Assembly: GCA_965649265.1 (NCBI GenBank)
Contig: CBFGKC010000014.1
Location: forward strand, 244-38,084
DNA: 37,841 nt
Reading direction: 5' to 3'
Source: a candidate division WOR-3 bacterium
GTDB taxonomy: Bacteria; Hydrothermota; Tepidihabitantia; B3-TA06
In this document: positions 1-9,076 of the stretch, piece after piece
Layout of the letters: each line of letters starts with the position of its first letter
How positions within the stretch are numbered: position 1 is the first letter of the stretch
Program-made: the position numbers and the translations under genes
The notes under the pieces: model-generated
The model's input: the letters and a program-made list of their open reading frames with translations, nothing else
What the model was told of the DNA's origin: nothing
Database searches by the model: none

Positions 1-50
1 GGATACAACCAAACACTACAAAATCTGAAAAATACAGGAAAAACTATTTG

Positions 51-695
51 TTATTTGTTATTAGTCTCAACTAATTTCAGATTCATTCGTTCAAAAGCCC
101 ATTGCAGACCCTCGGCGAGATTCGACAAGGTTTCCACTTTAAATAAATCTACACCAAGATGGACTATTGTTTGAGCTACGTCGGGGCGAATTCCTGTAAT
201 AACGCAATCGGCACCAAGAAGTTTCACTGCTTCAACGGTTTTTAATAGATGGTTTGCGACCGCTGAATCCACCGCCGGTACACCGGTGATGTCAAGAATC
301 GAAAATCTGGTTTGCGTTGTGGCTATAGAGTTAAGAAGGCTTTCCGTAAGCTTTTGCGAACGTCTGGTATCCAGGGATCCAATAAGGGGTAAGACTAAAA
401 CCTTATCCCATATCTTGATGATAGGAGTGGATAATTCTTCTATCGCCTCTTGTTGTTTTTCAATCAAATCCAGCTTGTCCTGAAGTTCCGACGCTCGTCT
501 GCGGCTCTCCATTACTTCATCTCCCATGTCCGACAAAAGAACGTTGATACCTTGCTCAAGTGAGGAAAACATATCTGGGTCTTTTTCAGTAAGGGATAAC
601 CTCATACCGAAATCGCCTCCAGCTGCTGCTGCAAGAACTATTTCAATCTCTTCAATTCTTTTCTCAAGATTACGGATGCCATTTACGGATTCCAT
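51..695 (-). CDS. rsbR: RsbR-like STAS domain protein (stressosome-type anti-sigma antagonist) with N-terminal HAMP/coiled-coil-like region
   Basis: ELSTPIIKIWDKVLVLPLIGSLDTRR...ILDITGVPAVDS...LLGADCVITGIRPDVAQTIVHLG is the RsbR STAS signature; ATG 695 preceded by AGGAG. Confidence 0.85.
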   Translation of the reverse strand: MESVNGIRNLEKRIEEIEIVLAAAAGGDFGMRLSLTEKDPDMFSSLEQGINVLLSDMGDEVMESRRRASELQDKLDLIEKQQEAIEELSTPIIKIWDKVLVLPLIGSLDTRRSQKLTESLLNSIATTQTRFSILDITGVPAVDSAVANHLLKTVEAVKLLGADCVITGIRPDVAQTIVHLGVDLFKVETLSNLAEGLQWAFERMNLKLVETNNK

Positions 696-825
696 TTGTC
701 CACTCCTTAATTTCGTTTTTTTGACAGCCCACACTTACAGTTGTTACACTTTAAAGCATCGCATTCTGTAATATATGAAAGCCTAGAACAACAACGCCCA
801 AGAAATTAATTCTAAACAAATATCT

Positions 826-853
826 ATTATAGCATTTTATTTGTCTAAGTCAA
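826..853 (-). promoter_or_regulatory. sigma70-type promoter TTGACT-N16-TATAAT for the rsbR-like gene
   Basis: -35 at 853-848, -10 at 831-826 on the minus strand. Confidence 0.7.
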
Positions 854-932
854 TATGTTTGACTTCTGATTCCTTCATCGAGAAAAAAAATTTTGAGCTG
901 CGGTTGAGATTCAGAATATCTCTTTAATTCGA

Positions 933-1589
933 CTAAATGCTCGAATTGTAACCATTTAGTTCTTTTGCCATCTTCATATAGCTGTCGAAACCGAAGCGGC
1001 GTTTTAAGGAAGAATCGAAGCGGGGTTCGATTATTTTATAACCCTCCCTCTCGTAGAATTTGATTGCTTTCTTGTTTCGTGCTTCTACGAGAAGGGATAC
1101 CCGGCGTTTCCCGTATCGTTGGGCTATTATTTCAGCCTCTTGCATTAAAAGTCTGCCTATCCCGAGGCTCCTCAATTCCGGTCTTACTGCAAGGCAGTGG
1201 ACGTAATAATCATTCGTGGATATTTCTCCAATAAGTTCTTTTATTCTCAGCAAACGTTCGAGGAGCAGGAGTCCGTAAATTCCCATAAGACGTAGAATCA
1301 AAAACGCGCTCGAAAAGGATTCACGTTTATCGTCTTCAGCGGTGTAACCAACGAGCAGGCCGGCGACTTTTTCGTCAAGCATGAATACAGATCCATGTTG
1401 GTAACTGTGGATATTTCCAGGTCTTGCAAACATTCCCTTGAGAATGGAGTTTCCCTTTTTAAGGGTGCCGAAGCTTATTTCAATAGTCTGGTAACCGGTC
1501 TCAACAATTAGCGGCGCGGCTTCGGGAGCGTCCTTGGGTTCGGCCGGTCTAATTTTTCCGTTTTGAAGTTGGAGAGTCTTTTTTTGCAT
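933..1589 (-). CDS. GNAT family N-acetyltransferase
   Basis: YVHCLAVRPELRSLGIGRLLM acetyl-CoA motif A; NKKAIKFYEREGY. Confidence 0.9.
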   Translation of the reverse strand: MQKKTLQLQNGKIRPAEPKDAPEAAPLIVETGYQTIEISFGTLKKGNSILKGMFARPGNIHSYQHGSVFMLDEKVAGLLVGYTAEDDKRESFSSAFLILRLMGIYGLLLLERLLRIKELIGEISTNDYYVHCLAVRPELRSLGIGRLLMQEAEIIAQRYGKRRVSLLVEARNKKAIKFYEREGYKIIEPRFDSSLKRRFGFDSYMKMAKELNGYNSSI

Positions 1590-1603
1590 ATCTTAAGAAG
1601 ATA

Positions 1604-1993
1604 CTATATTTCCTGATTCAACCAGGTCAGCGCATCATCATCATTTTTGAAGAACTGGGCGGTAATAGGTTTACCAAGTATTTTGGCACCTGAAATAAGC
1701 ACGCGAGCCATCATTCTGATGCTTGGATCGGCCCCGACAAAAGCTATCTTCTCATCGTATCCGAGTTTTGCCGAGCCTTCTGAAAGCATCTGTCTGGCTT
1801 TTTTGCTGTAAATCTGTTTTGATGCCTGTGTAAGATCGATGATGGCACGACGGCGTTTTCTGCCTTCAAATAATTCCTTGACCTTGGCCAGAAACTCGGG
1901 AACGTCCTCTTCAGTCAGGGTGCCGATGATTCTTTCGCGCAAAACATCCTTCTCCTCATCGTACCAAAACTGATGCTTCATTGTTTCCTCCAT
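1604..1993 (-). CDS. STAS/SEC14 (SpoIIAA-like) domain protein
   Basis: IIDLT...KIAFVG...FFKNDDDALTWL pattern typical of SpoIIAA-like proteins. Confidence 0.75.
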   Translation of the reverse strand: MEETMKHQFWYDEEKDVLRERIIGTLTEEDVPEFLAKVKELFEGRKRRRAIIDLTQASKQIYSKKARQMLSEGSAKLGYDEKIAFVGADPSIRMMARVLISGAKILGKPITAQFFKNDDDALTWLNQEI

Positions 1994-2064
1994 CTAACAG
2001 TAATTAAGCTCTTTTCAAAAAAGCGCTAACCCCTCCACCATACTTATCGAGAAAATATGATGAT

Positions 2065-2092
2065 ATTATAAGACGAGATATATGCTTGTCAA
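2065..2092 (-). promoter_or_regulatory. sigma70-type promoter TTGACA-N16-TATAAT
   Basis: Perfect consensus hexamers upstream of the 1993 and 1589 genes. Confidence 0.8.
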
Positions 2093-2127
2093 GTGAAGTG
2101 AAGATATATATGCAACTAATGAAGCTG

Positions 2128-2155
2128 TTGACACCAAATCGGTATTGATTAATCT
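2128..2155 (+). promoter_or_regulatory. sigma70-type promoter TTGACA-N16-TAATCT, likely leaderless
   Basis: ATG 2163 lies 7 nt after the -10 box, no SD. Confidence 0.55.
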
Positions 2156-2162
2156 TACCGTT

Positions 2163-3002
2163 ATGTTCTGGTTAACGGGACGTACGAACCGCATCTACTT
2201 CAAGAAATGGAAGTGCTTCCATTTCAGGCGACCCGCGTGGTCAGTTAATCCTTTGCTTCTCATCGTCATCGCCGGAACCCTTGCCGGGGCGACCTTTGGT
2301 TTATGTTTTATCCTGATACAACAAATTGATGCTCTATTTCAGAGGGAGTGGAACCTTTCCTTTGAACTTAAAGAGGGGAGGGGGGAGATGAAAACCAGAC
2401 AGCTTATATTGGCGGAGATTACACACGACTACCGTCGTCCTTTCTTTTGTGAAATTAGCATAGTAAACAAATCCAGTAGCTCGACTGCAGGATATATTGA
2501 TATTGGAGTGCCTTCTTACATGGATATTTCGATGATTATGGGGCCGGAGGCTACGTCTTTAAAAGATACAATCGACACGAATTAGAGATATTACAGGATA
2601 AACTTTCCAATGCTCGGATCGGGAGATACCTTTAAATTTAGAGTCTTTTTAAGATGTTATGAGTTAAGAAGTGGAAAATTTCATCTTAACCAGATATATG
2701 AAAGATCTGATCCCAAGGAGTTTGAAGAGTCGCAAAACGCCAATGAACGGGTATGGCTAATCTCTGAGGAGGATACGTTCCGGATATACGGTTGTCGATG
2801 GAATATGAGAATTGTTCCCGATACCGGTTGCCAAATCGAAGATAGATACATGTGGATGTATGAAGGAATGGATCATTCAACAGGCATGCCGGTTTCTTTA
2901 GATACACCTTTCGATATTCCTCCCCTCCCACCGAAATTTGCTGTTAGAGGGCTATTACGTGCTGGACATCACATCTTCAAACAATTCCATTCTCCTTTTT
3001 AA
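2163..3002 (+). pseudogene. Membrane-anchored hypothetical protein interrupted by one in-frame TAG (2583-2585)
   Basis: ORFs 2145-2585 and 2610-3002 share a frame; AAT TAG AGA TAT TAC AGG ATA AAC TTT CCA ATG reads through without another stop; one N-terminal hydrophobic helix. Confidence 0.55.
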
Positions 3003-3022
3003 TTAAAAACAGGGGAGTGCAG

Positions 3023-3541
3023 TTATCGTTTCGTTTGCCAACTCTCTATTTCAAGCTCCATTAAGAGCCCTCCGAGTTTCTCGCCTATCGTGCGATAGCC
3101 GCATTTCTCGTTGACGTGTATTATCCTTGAATTAGTCTTCGACGGATTAAGCAGAACACGCTCCACAGCGAGGTGTTCGAAGGCATAGGCGGTCATGAGC
3201 ATTAGTACCTCTGTTCCGTATCCCTGTCCCCAGAGTTCCGGTATGCATATCTTAATCCCGATTTCCGTCTGCTTATTCTCCGGGTAGTAGTCGTGAAAGC
3301 ATGTCTCGCCTATAGGCGTTCCGTCATCAAGACAAACTATCATTCGTATCGTCGATGGATCTTTTTTCCACCTTTCCCAGTCCGAGCTCATCTTTTCCAA
3401 ATCTAATCCCAGGCCTTGCGGGAAACCTACGCTTTCCATCACCCTGCCGTCGTTCCACCAGATCATTAGAAGCTCAAGGTCCTTTTCCTCAACAGGCCTT
3501 ATGAATATGCGTTTGCTTTTTATGAACTCAGTATGTTTCAT
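3023..3541 (-). CDS. RimJ/RimL-type GNAT acetyltransferase
   Basis: IFIRPVEEKDL start; EIGIKICIPELWGQGYGTE; N..IIHVNEKCGY. Confidence 0.9.
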   Translation of the reverse strand: MKHTEFIKSKRIFIRPVEEKDLELLMIWWNDGRVMESVGFPQGLGLDLEKMSSDWERWKKDPSTIRMIVCLDDGTPIGETCFHDYYPENKQTEIGIKICIPELWGQGYGTEVLMLMTAYAFEHLAVERVLLNPSKTNSRIIHVNEKCGYRTIGEKLGGLLMELEIESWQTKR

Positions 3542-3546
3542 GCTTC

Positions 3547-3574
3547 AATCTACTTTTCTAAAACGACATGTCAA
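3547..3574 (-). promoter_or_regulatory. sigma70-type promoter TTGACA-N16-TAGATT, leaderless
   Basis: ATG 3541 is 5 nt after the -10 box. Confidence 0.65.
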
Positions 3575-3608
3575 CCTGGTAGTTTACGACGAACTCTTTA
3601 AAAAGGAC

Positions 3609-3636
3609 TTGACAAAATCAATTTTATGAGTATGGT
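3609..3636 (+). promoter_or_regulatory. Hydrogenase operon promoter TTGACA-N16-TATGGT, likely leaderless
   Basis: ATG 3645 is 8 nt after the -10 box; no SD. Confidence 0.65.
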
Positions 3637-3644
3637 TCGCGTTA

Positions 3645-4667
3645 ATGAGGTCTCTATTATTAGCATATACCTCGATTCCCCTTTTATATAACCAGTTGGC
3701 ACATACAGGAGAGACGTATTATCCGCGCAAGACAGGCTCTAAAACCCACTATGAAATCTGGCGTAACTCGAATATACCTGCCGAGGAACTTCTTGAAGCT
3801 CTTAAGATAATCAGACCGATTGAACCTTTGAAGGAGTTCTTTTTAAGCAGCCGTGAAAATGTTGCAAGCTTTCCTCAGCTTTTTTCGAAAGAGATAAAGC
3901 CTAAGGTAATAGTGGGTGCCAAGGATTGCGATATACGAACACTGATAGAGATCCAGGACAACGTGTATCTCAAGGGTGACGTGGAGGACCCCTTCTACCG
4001 CGAACGAAGAGAGCGATATTTCATTGTCACCGTCGATTGCCATGAACCCCTTGATACGTGTTTTTGCAACCGCATTGGCGGGAAGCCATATTCGATTTGG
4101 GGCGGTGATTTAAATCTCTCGTTCGGCGAGGACGGTCTGATCGTGGACGTTCTGTCAGCAAGAGGTGAACAGATCGTCGAAAAAATGGGAGACGTGTTCA
4201 AGGATGTTGCCGATAAGGATAAAAAGTACCGCGATAAATACAGGGCCGAGGCCGAACAAAAACTGGATAAGATCAATCCTGACGAGTTTGCCCATGACCT
4301 GGACGCAAGGATCGAGAAGCAACTGGACACGAAATTCTGGGCAAAAGCGCTTGCCAACTGCGTGGATTGCCAGGCTTGCGAGCGTATCTGTCCGACATGT
4401 TACTGTTTTTTGCTATACGATATCCCGCAAAGCAAAGGCTTTGAAAGAGTAAGGGTGCTCGATTTCTGTTATCATGCCGCTTACGGCAGGGTGGGAGGTG
4501 GAGCAAATCCCCTGGCTCATTTTTCTCATCGTCTGCGCAACAGATTCGAGTGCAAGTTTATGAGTTTTCCTCGAAATTTTAAAGTCATTGCCTGCACCGG
4601 CTGCGGCAGATGTATTGCGGCTTGTACGGGTAAAATAGATATCCGTGAGGTTTTGAAGGCGCTATGA
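3645..4667 (+). CDS. 4Fe-4S dicluster protein, sulfhydrogenase beta (HydB)/AsrA-like
   Basis: CVDCQACERICPTCYC and CTGCGRCIAAC motifs; DPFY..RR, TCFC. Confidence 0.9.
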   Translation: MRSLLLAYTSIPLLYNQLAHTGETYYPRKTGSKTHYEIWRNSNIPAEELLEALKIIRPIEPLKEFFLSSRENVASFPQLFSKEIKPKVIVGAKDCDIRTLIEIQDNVYLKGDVEDPFYRERRERYFIVTVDCHEPLDTCFCNRIGGKPYSIWGGDLNLSFGEDGLIVDVLSARGEQIVEKMGDVFKDVADKDKKYRDKYRAEAEQKLDKINPDEFAHDLDARIEKQLDTKFWAKALANCVDCQACERICPTCYCFLLYDIPQSKGFERVRVLDFCYHAAYGRVGGGANPLAHFSHRLRNRFECKFMSFPRNFKVIACTGCGRCIAACTGKIDIREVLKAL

Positions 4668-5476
4668 ATCCATACGAACCACGTCCCGCCACGGTCAAGG
4701 AAGTAATAGTCGAGACGCCCAATATCAGGACCTTTGTTCTGGAACCCAAGCCCAGCCTTGCGTTCCGCGCAGGACAGTTTATCGAATTGACGGTTCCAGG
4801 GGTGGGGGAGGCCCCCTTTACACCGTCATCTTCTCCATACGAGCAGAAAACGATCGAGATGACAATAATGAAAGTCGGCCGTGTCACGAGCAAGCTTTTC
4901 GACGTCCGCCCCGGAGACACGCTTGCGGTGCGCGGACCTTATGGCGTCCCTTATGCGATCGACAAGTATGAAGGACGCAACGTGCTTCTCGTCGGAGGCG
5001 GAGTCGGAATGGCCCCTCTCAGGGCTCTCTTTTTGGCATTAATACATAACGCCTCCGTGTATAAACATATCCATCTTTACTATGGGGCGCGTACACCAAA
5101 GGATATCGTATACGACCGTCTATTCAAGGAATGGGGCAAGATCAGTAATGTTGAGATACGCCGCAGCGTAGATGTAGGAGAAAAGGGCTGGAAAGAACAG
5201 GTGGGTGTTGTTACAGTGCTCCTGGACAATCTTCCCTTCAAACCAAGAGACGGCTTGGCCGTCGTTTGCGGTCCGCCGATCATGATGAAGTTTGCCACCA
5301 AGCGACTTCTGGAGCTTGGTTTTGATGACAAGGATATTTACCTTTCCATGGAAAAGAATATGTCATGCGGGTTCGGCAAGTGCGGCCACTGCAGGCTTGG
5401 TGAGCTTTTTTGCTGCAAAGACGGTCCCGTTATCACATGGGACAGAATCAAGCATCTGGAGGACCCTTTCGTATGA
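4664..5476 (+). CDS. FAD/NAD(P)-binding 2Fe-2S protein, sulfhydrogenase gamma (HydG)/AsrB-like
   Basis: GQF, RGPYG, GGGVGMAP, CGPPIMM, CGFGKCGHC...CKDGPV; ATGA overlap. Confidence 0.92.
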   Translation: MNPYEPRPATVKEVIVETPNIRTFVLEPKPSLAFRAGQFIELTVPGVGEAPFTPSSSPYEQKTIEMTIMKVGRVTSKLFDVRPGDTLAVRGPYGVPYAIDKYEGRNVLLVGGGVGMAPLRALFLALIHNASVYKHIHLYYGARTPKDIVYDRLFKEWGKISNVEIRRSVDVGEKGWKEQVGVVTVLLDNLPFKPRDGLAVVCGPPIMMKFATKRLLELGFDDKDIYLSMEKNMSCGFGKCGHCRLGELFCCKDGPVITWDRIKHLEDPFV

Positions 5477-7080
5477 GCGGGATTCCATCGACCGTCTGTC
5501 CCTTCTGCAATCTTGGATGTGTTCTTGGTTTTGAACTCCAGAACGGGGAAGTAAGAAAGGTCGCCTACGTAAAGGATTCGCACAACGAGGGAAGGCTTTG
5601 TCCAAAAGGCAACGCCGCAGCTTTATTCATCAATCATCCGAAAAGGCTTTACAACGCGATTATCAAGGGTAAAACGGCTTCGTTGACTCAGGGAATAGAA
5701 TTCCTGAGACATCGGTTAAGCGATTACAAGCCGGAAGAGATTCTTTTCCTTTACGACTCATCGCTGACGAACGAAGAAGTTGACGCGTTGGCCAACTGGT
5801 GCTCTGCGTCGGGATTCAAGAATGTTGCCTATGCCGGGCTGTCATCGGCAAAGGTTTTTAACTACGGCCCGGCCCAAACCGTATCGGTTGAGAATATCAC
5901 CGGCGCCGATTATGCAATAATCGTCGGTGATCCTTACACGCAGGATTCGGTTATCTCTGGTTACATTGCAAAGGCCAAGGGAGACAGGCGCGATTTTCGT
6001 TACGTCGTCGTGGACTCATTCGAGACCAACACGTCGCATTTTGCGCACAGGTTTATAAGAATAAAGGCAGGTTATGAGGGACTTTTCATTTACGGGTTGT
6101 GGAAGTTCATGGTCGGTAAGGATAAAGACACTTCCCTCATCGTCGATACGCTCGGTGTAGACGTCACTGCGTTCGAGTCCGTTGCGGCAATAATTCGTAA
6201 CAAAGAGGGTGTACTCATTAACGCTCCCTCTCCTGCAGGAAGTTTCGATCCTCTCCTTACACACGCGGTATCTCTTAAGCTTGTCTCGACGGTAGAAGGG
6301 ATGAGCTATGTTCCTATGGGAGAAAGGGGCCCCGGCGGCCTGGACAAATCGTTCTTTTCTTATCTTCCCTTGCTCGTCGGAGGGAGAATAAAGGCTATTG
6401 TAAGTTTTGCTCCAGGTTTTCCCTGGGGATATACTCAACTGAGACCAGTCTTAAGAAAAGCTGAATTCGTCGCGGCATCAAGTTTCTTCATTCCAGAGGG
6501 TCGCTTTGAATTTGATCTCGTAATGCCTATGGCCTCAGAACTCGAAAAGAAGGGTACAATCAACACACTCTTTGGGAAAAAAGAGCTTTCTGCATCAGTC
6601 CCGAGAATTTCCGGTACACTCAGTGCAGGTCAATACATAGATAGAATTTCAGGATCACCCCTGGCAAAAACGGTGGAATGGGGACTTAATTACGATGCGA
6701 TTGAAGATTTCGACGTTGAGAGCCGTGTAAAAGCATTAATTGACATGGCCGGTCAGAAACCAAGAAAGGGCATGAAATACCTGCTTTTGGGCTCCGGATC
6801 GGCAATAGGCTTTCTTTCCCTTTTCGAAAACGAATGCTGGGTAAAGCTCAATTCCATGGATGCCTTGTCCCTCGGTGTGAAGGAAGGCGATAATGTGGGG
6901 ATTGAGACCGAGCATGGGGAAATTGCGTTGAAGGCCTTGATTTCTGAGGGAATAACTCAAGGCACGGCGCTTGTGAGTGCTAATTACCAGCCTTCGCTTG
7001 CTTGCTTCGAGCTCGGAAGCGATTCGGTCACGGGCGAGGGTTTCCTTAAACCTACGTGGAGCAGGTTATGGAAAAAGTAA
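5473..7080 (+). CDS. Molybdopterin-oxidoreductase-fold protein (FdhA/NuoG C-terminal-like), probably non-catalytic, with N-terminal 4Fe-4S
   Basis: CPFCNLGC...LCPKG; TNEE; C-terminal molybdopterin-dinucleotide-binding-like domain; ATG 5473 after GGAGG with ATGA overlap. Confidence 0.8.
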   Translation: MSGIPSTVCPFCNLGCVLGFELQNGEVRKVAYVKDSHNEGRLCPKGNAAALFINHPKRLYNAIIKGKTASLTQGIEFLRHRLSDYKPEEILFLYDSSLTNEEVDALANWCSASGFKNVAYAGLSSAKVFNYGPAQTVSVENITGADYAIIVGDPYTQDSVISGYIAKAKGDRRDFRYVVVDSFETNTSHFAHRFIRIKAGYEGLFIYGLWKFMVGKDKDTSLIVDTLGVDVTAFESVAAIIRNKEGVLINAPSPAGSFDPLLTHAVSLKLVSTVEGMSYVPMGERGPGGLDKSFFSYLPLLVGGRIKAIVSFAPGFPWGYTQLRPVLRKAEFVAASSFFIPEGRFEFDLVMPMASELEKKGTINTLFGKKELSASVPRISGTLSAGQYIDRISGSPLAKTVEWGLNYDAIEDFDVESRVKALIDMAGQKPRKGMKYLLLGSGSAIGFLSLFENECWVKLNSMDALSLGVKEGDNVGIETEHGEIALKALISEGITQGTALVSANYQPSLACFELGSDSVTGEGFLKPTWSRLWKK

Positions 7081-7535
7081 TAGTCCTCGACTTAGATCTC
7101 TGCTGTGGTTGCGAAAGCTGCAAATCCGCATGTATGCAATCCCATTACGGCGAACCGCGCATCAAGCACGGCAAAGTTGAGGAACAAGCCAACCTTCCAT
7201 CGGCATGTCGCCACTGTGAAGATCCTCTTTGTGCGGCCGCTTGTCCATCCGAAGCGCTTGTGAAGGACAAGAATACAGGGTTAGTGATCCAGAGACAATT
7301 CCTTTGTGTGGGCTGCCAGAGTTGCTCCTTTGCTTGTCCGTTCGGAGTAATTGAAAAAAGGCTCATCCGTCATATCGCCACGAAATGCGATTACTGCAAG
7401 GAGCGTCCCGAAGGTCCGAGATGCGTGGCAAGCTGCTCATCCGGTGCACTGCGATATATAAGTGTATCCGAATTACCCAAGGCACCGATTAACGACAGGT
7501 TTATTTCCCGTTCGCCCTCCTGGAGGCGTCAGTGA
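7068..7535 (+). CDS. 4x[4Fe-4S] electron-transfer protein (HycB/FdhB/DmsB-like)
   Basis: CCGCESCKSAC, CRHCEDPLCAAACP, CVGCQSCSFACPFG, KCDYC...CVASC. Confidence 0.9.
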   Translation: MEKVIVLDLDLCCGCESCKSACMQSHYGEPRIKHGKVEEQANLPSACRHCEDPLCAAACPSEALVKDKNTGLVIQRQFLCVGCQSCSFACPFGVIEKRLIRHIATKCDYCKERPEGPRCVASCSSGALRYISVSELPKAPINDRFISRSPSWRRQ

Positions 7536-8479
7536 ACATGAGTCTGGGCTGGATTATCTTTTACCTTCTTGTTTTTCCAGGCTTCCTCTTCTCCTCGGTC
7601 GTCGGACTCGTATATACCTGGATAGACAGAAAGGTATCGGCAAGGGTGCAATTCAGGGTCGGGCCGCCCTTCCTTCAGCCGTTCTATGACTTTTTCAAAC
7701 TCCTTGGAAAGGACACGTTTGTGCCAGAGGGAGCGCCCCGTTTCATCTTCCTGGGCGCGCCGCTTCTCGGTCTTGCTTCCGTCAGTATACTCTCGACGAT
7801 TTTGCTTGTCGCCAATCTTATGCCGAAGCAGACCTTCGTCGGCGACATAATAGTGGTTCTCTACATTTTTGCCTTCGTCCCGATAATCCTTATCGTCGGC
7901 GCATCCGCCTCGTCAAATCCTATTTCAGCTCTCGGAGCCTCGCGCGAGATGACCCTTTATCTTGCTTACGAGCTTCCCCTCATCATCTCCATTGTCACCG
8001 TTGTCGTAAAATCAGGAGGAATGCTGCGAATAGGCGATTTGCTCACCTGGCAGTGGCAGCACCATCCTTTTCTTTACTCCTTCTCCGGCGCCCTTGCCTT
8101 CATATCCGCATTCCTCTGCATACAGGCGAAGCTCGGATTTGTTCCTTTTGACACCGCCGAGGCGGAGCAGGAGATAATGGGTGGAACAATCATTGAATAC
8201 TCGGGTCCGGCGCTCGGCGTTCTCAAGCTTGTAAAGGCTATTCTTTACTTTGTTGCCAGTATTTTCCTCGTTATCATTTTCTGGGGAGGCTTCCGATCTC
8301 CTCGCGACGGCTGGTGGCACATACTGGGCTGGCTCAAGCCGGTAGTCGTGGTCGTTCTGATAATTCTTGTCAAAAACACGAATCCTCGCTTAAGGGTGGA
8401 CCAGGCGCTCCGCTTCTTCTGGTCAATAGTGCTCTTGCTATCGCTTGCAGGATTCGTTCTCGCCGCGGTGGGGTTGTAA
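7532..8479 (+). CDS. Hydrogenase membrane subunit, NuoH/MbhM/HycD family
   Basis: DRKVSARVQFRVGPPFLQPFYDFFKLLGK; PFDTAEAEQEIMGGTIIEYSG; NPRLRVDQ. Confidence 0.95.
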   Translation: MNMSLGWIIFYLLVFPGFLFSSVVGLVYTWIDRKVSARVQFRVGPPFLQPFYDFFKLLGKDTFVPEGAPRFIFLGAPLLGLASVSILSTILLVANLMPKQTFVGDIIVVLYIFAFVPIILIVGASASSNPISALGASREMTLYLAYELPLIISIVTVVVKSGGMLRIGDLLTWQWQHHPFLYSFSGALAFISAFLCIQAKLGFVPFDTAEAEQEIMGGTIIEYSGPALGVLKLVKAILYFVASIFLVIIFWGGFRSPRDGWWHILGWLKPVVVVVLIILVKNTNPRLRVDQALRFFWSIVLLLSLAGFVLAAVGL

Positions 8480-8646
8480 TGGTATATAAGTCTTTGTGTC
8501 TCGAAGTCTTATCCATAAATTTTGTGGAGAGCGAGGCGGGTAAGGTGCTGAAAGCTTTGAAGAAGACGGGTAACCGCTTTGCCTTGAAGGCGTTGAATTT
8601 ACCGCTTATCAGGAAACTATACAGTCGTGGAGAAAGAAATGCTTAA
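8479..8646 (+). CDS. Small basic hypothetical protein (55 aa) inside the operon
   Basis: TAATG coupling to the upstream stop, overlaps the next start, fills the only large gap in the operon. Confidence 0.5.
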   Translation: MVYKSLCLEVLSINFVESEAGKVLKALKKTGNRFALKALNLPLIRKLYSRGERNA

Positions 8647-9076
8647 GGGTCTAAAAAAAGCGGCATTGACTAAGTCGCTCTGGGTGTATCACGTTGCAGC
8701 AAGTCCCTGCAACAACTGCGACATCGAGATACTCGACCTTCTCACTCCTCGCTTCGATGTCGAGCGCTTCGGGCTGCTTCTTGCAGGCTCTCCGCGTCAC
8801 GCAGACGTGCTGCTCGTGACGGGCGTAATCAACAAAAAAGTGCTTGACAGGGTTCTTCGCGTCTACGCCGAGACACCGAAGCCTTGCGTGGTGGCGGCCT
8901 TCGGCTCGTGCGCCATTACAGGGCATATGTTCACCGATTCCTACAACTTCGCCGGACCGGTTGACAAACACATTCCAGTTGACGTATACATCGGCGGCTG
9001 TCCGCCCAAGCCCGAGGCCATGATTCTCGGCGTCGTCAGGGCGATTGAAAAAATTAAAAAGCTGAAGGGGCTTTGA
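8639..9076 (+). CDS. [NiFe]-hydrogenase small subunit, NuoB/MbhJ/HycG family
   Basis: CNNCDIE, SPRHADVLLVTG, GSC, VDVYIGGCPPKPE; ATG 8639 after GGAG (alternative GTG 8627). Confidence 0.95.
   Translation: MLKGLKKAALTKSLWVYHVAASPCNNCDIEILDLLTPRFDVERFGLLLAGSPRHADVLLVTGVINKKVLDRVLRVYAETPKPCVVAAFGSCAITGHMFTDSYNFAGPVDKHIPVDVYIGGCPPKPEAMILGVVRAIEKIKKLKGL

Noticed and set aside
859-886. + strand TTGACT as a promoter
   Set aside because: No TAnnnT box at 16-18 bp and no downstream gene
2583-2585. Genome-wide TAG reassignment
   Set aside because: TAG ends mnhC (15452) and mnhF (17739) at family-typical lengths
3645-5476. Anaerobic sulfite reductase AsrABC or a soluble group-3b hydrogenase
   Set aside because: No AsrC siroheme subunit and no group-3 HydA/HydD; the adjacent hydrogenase is group-4 type
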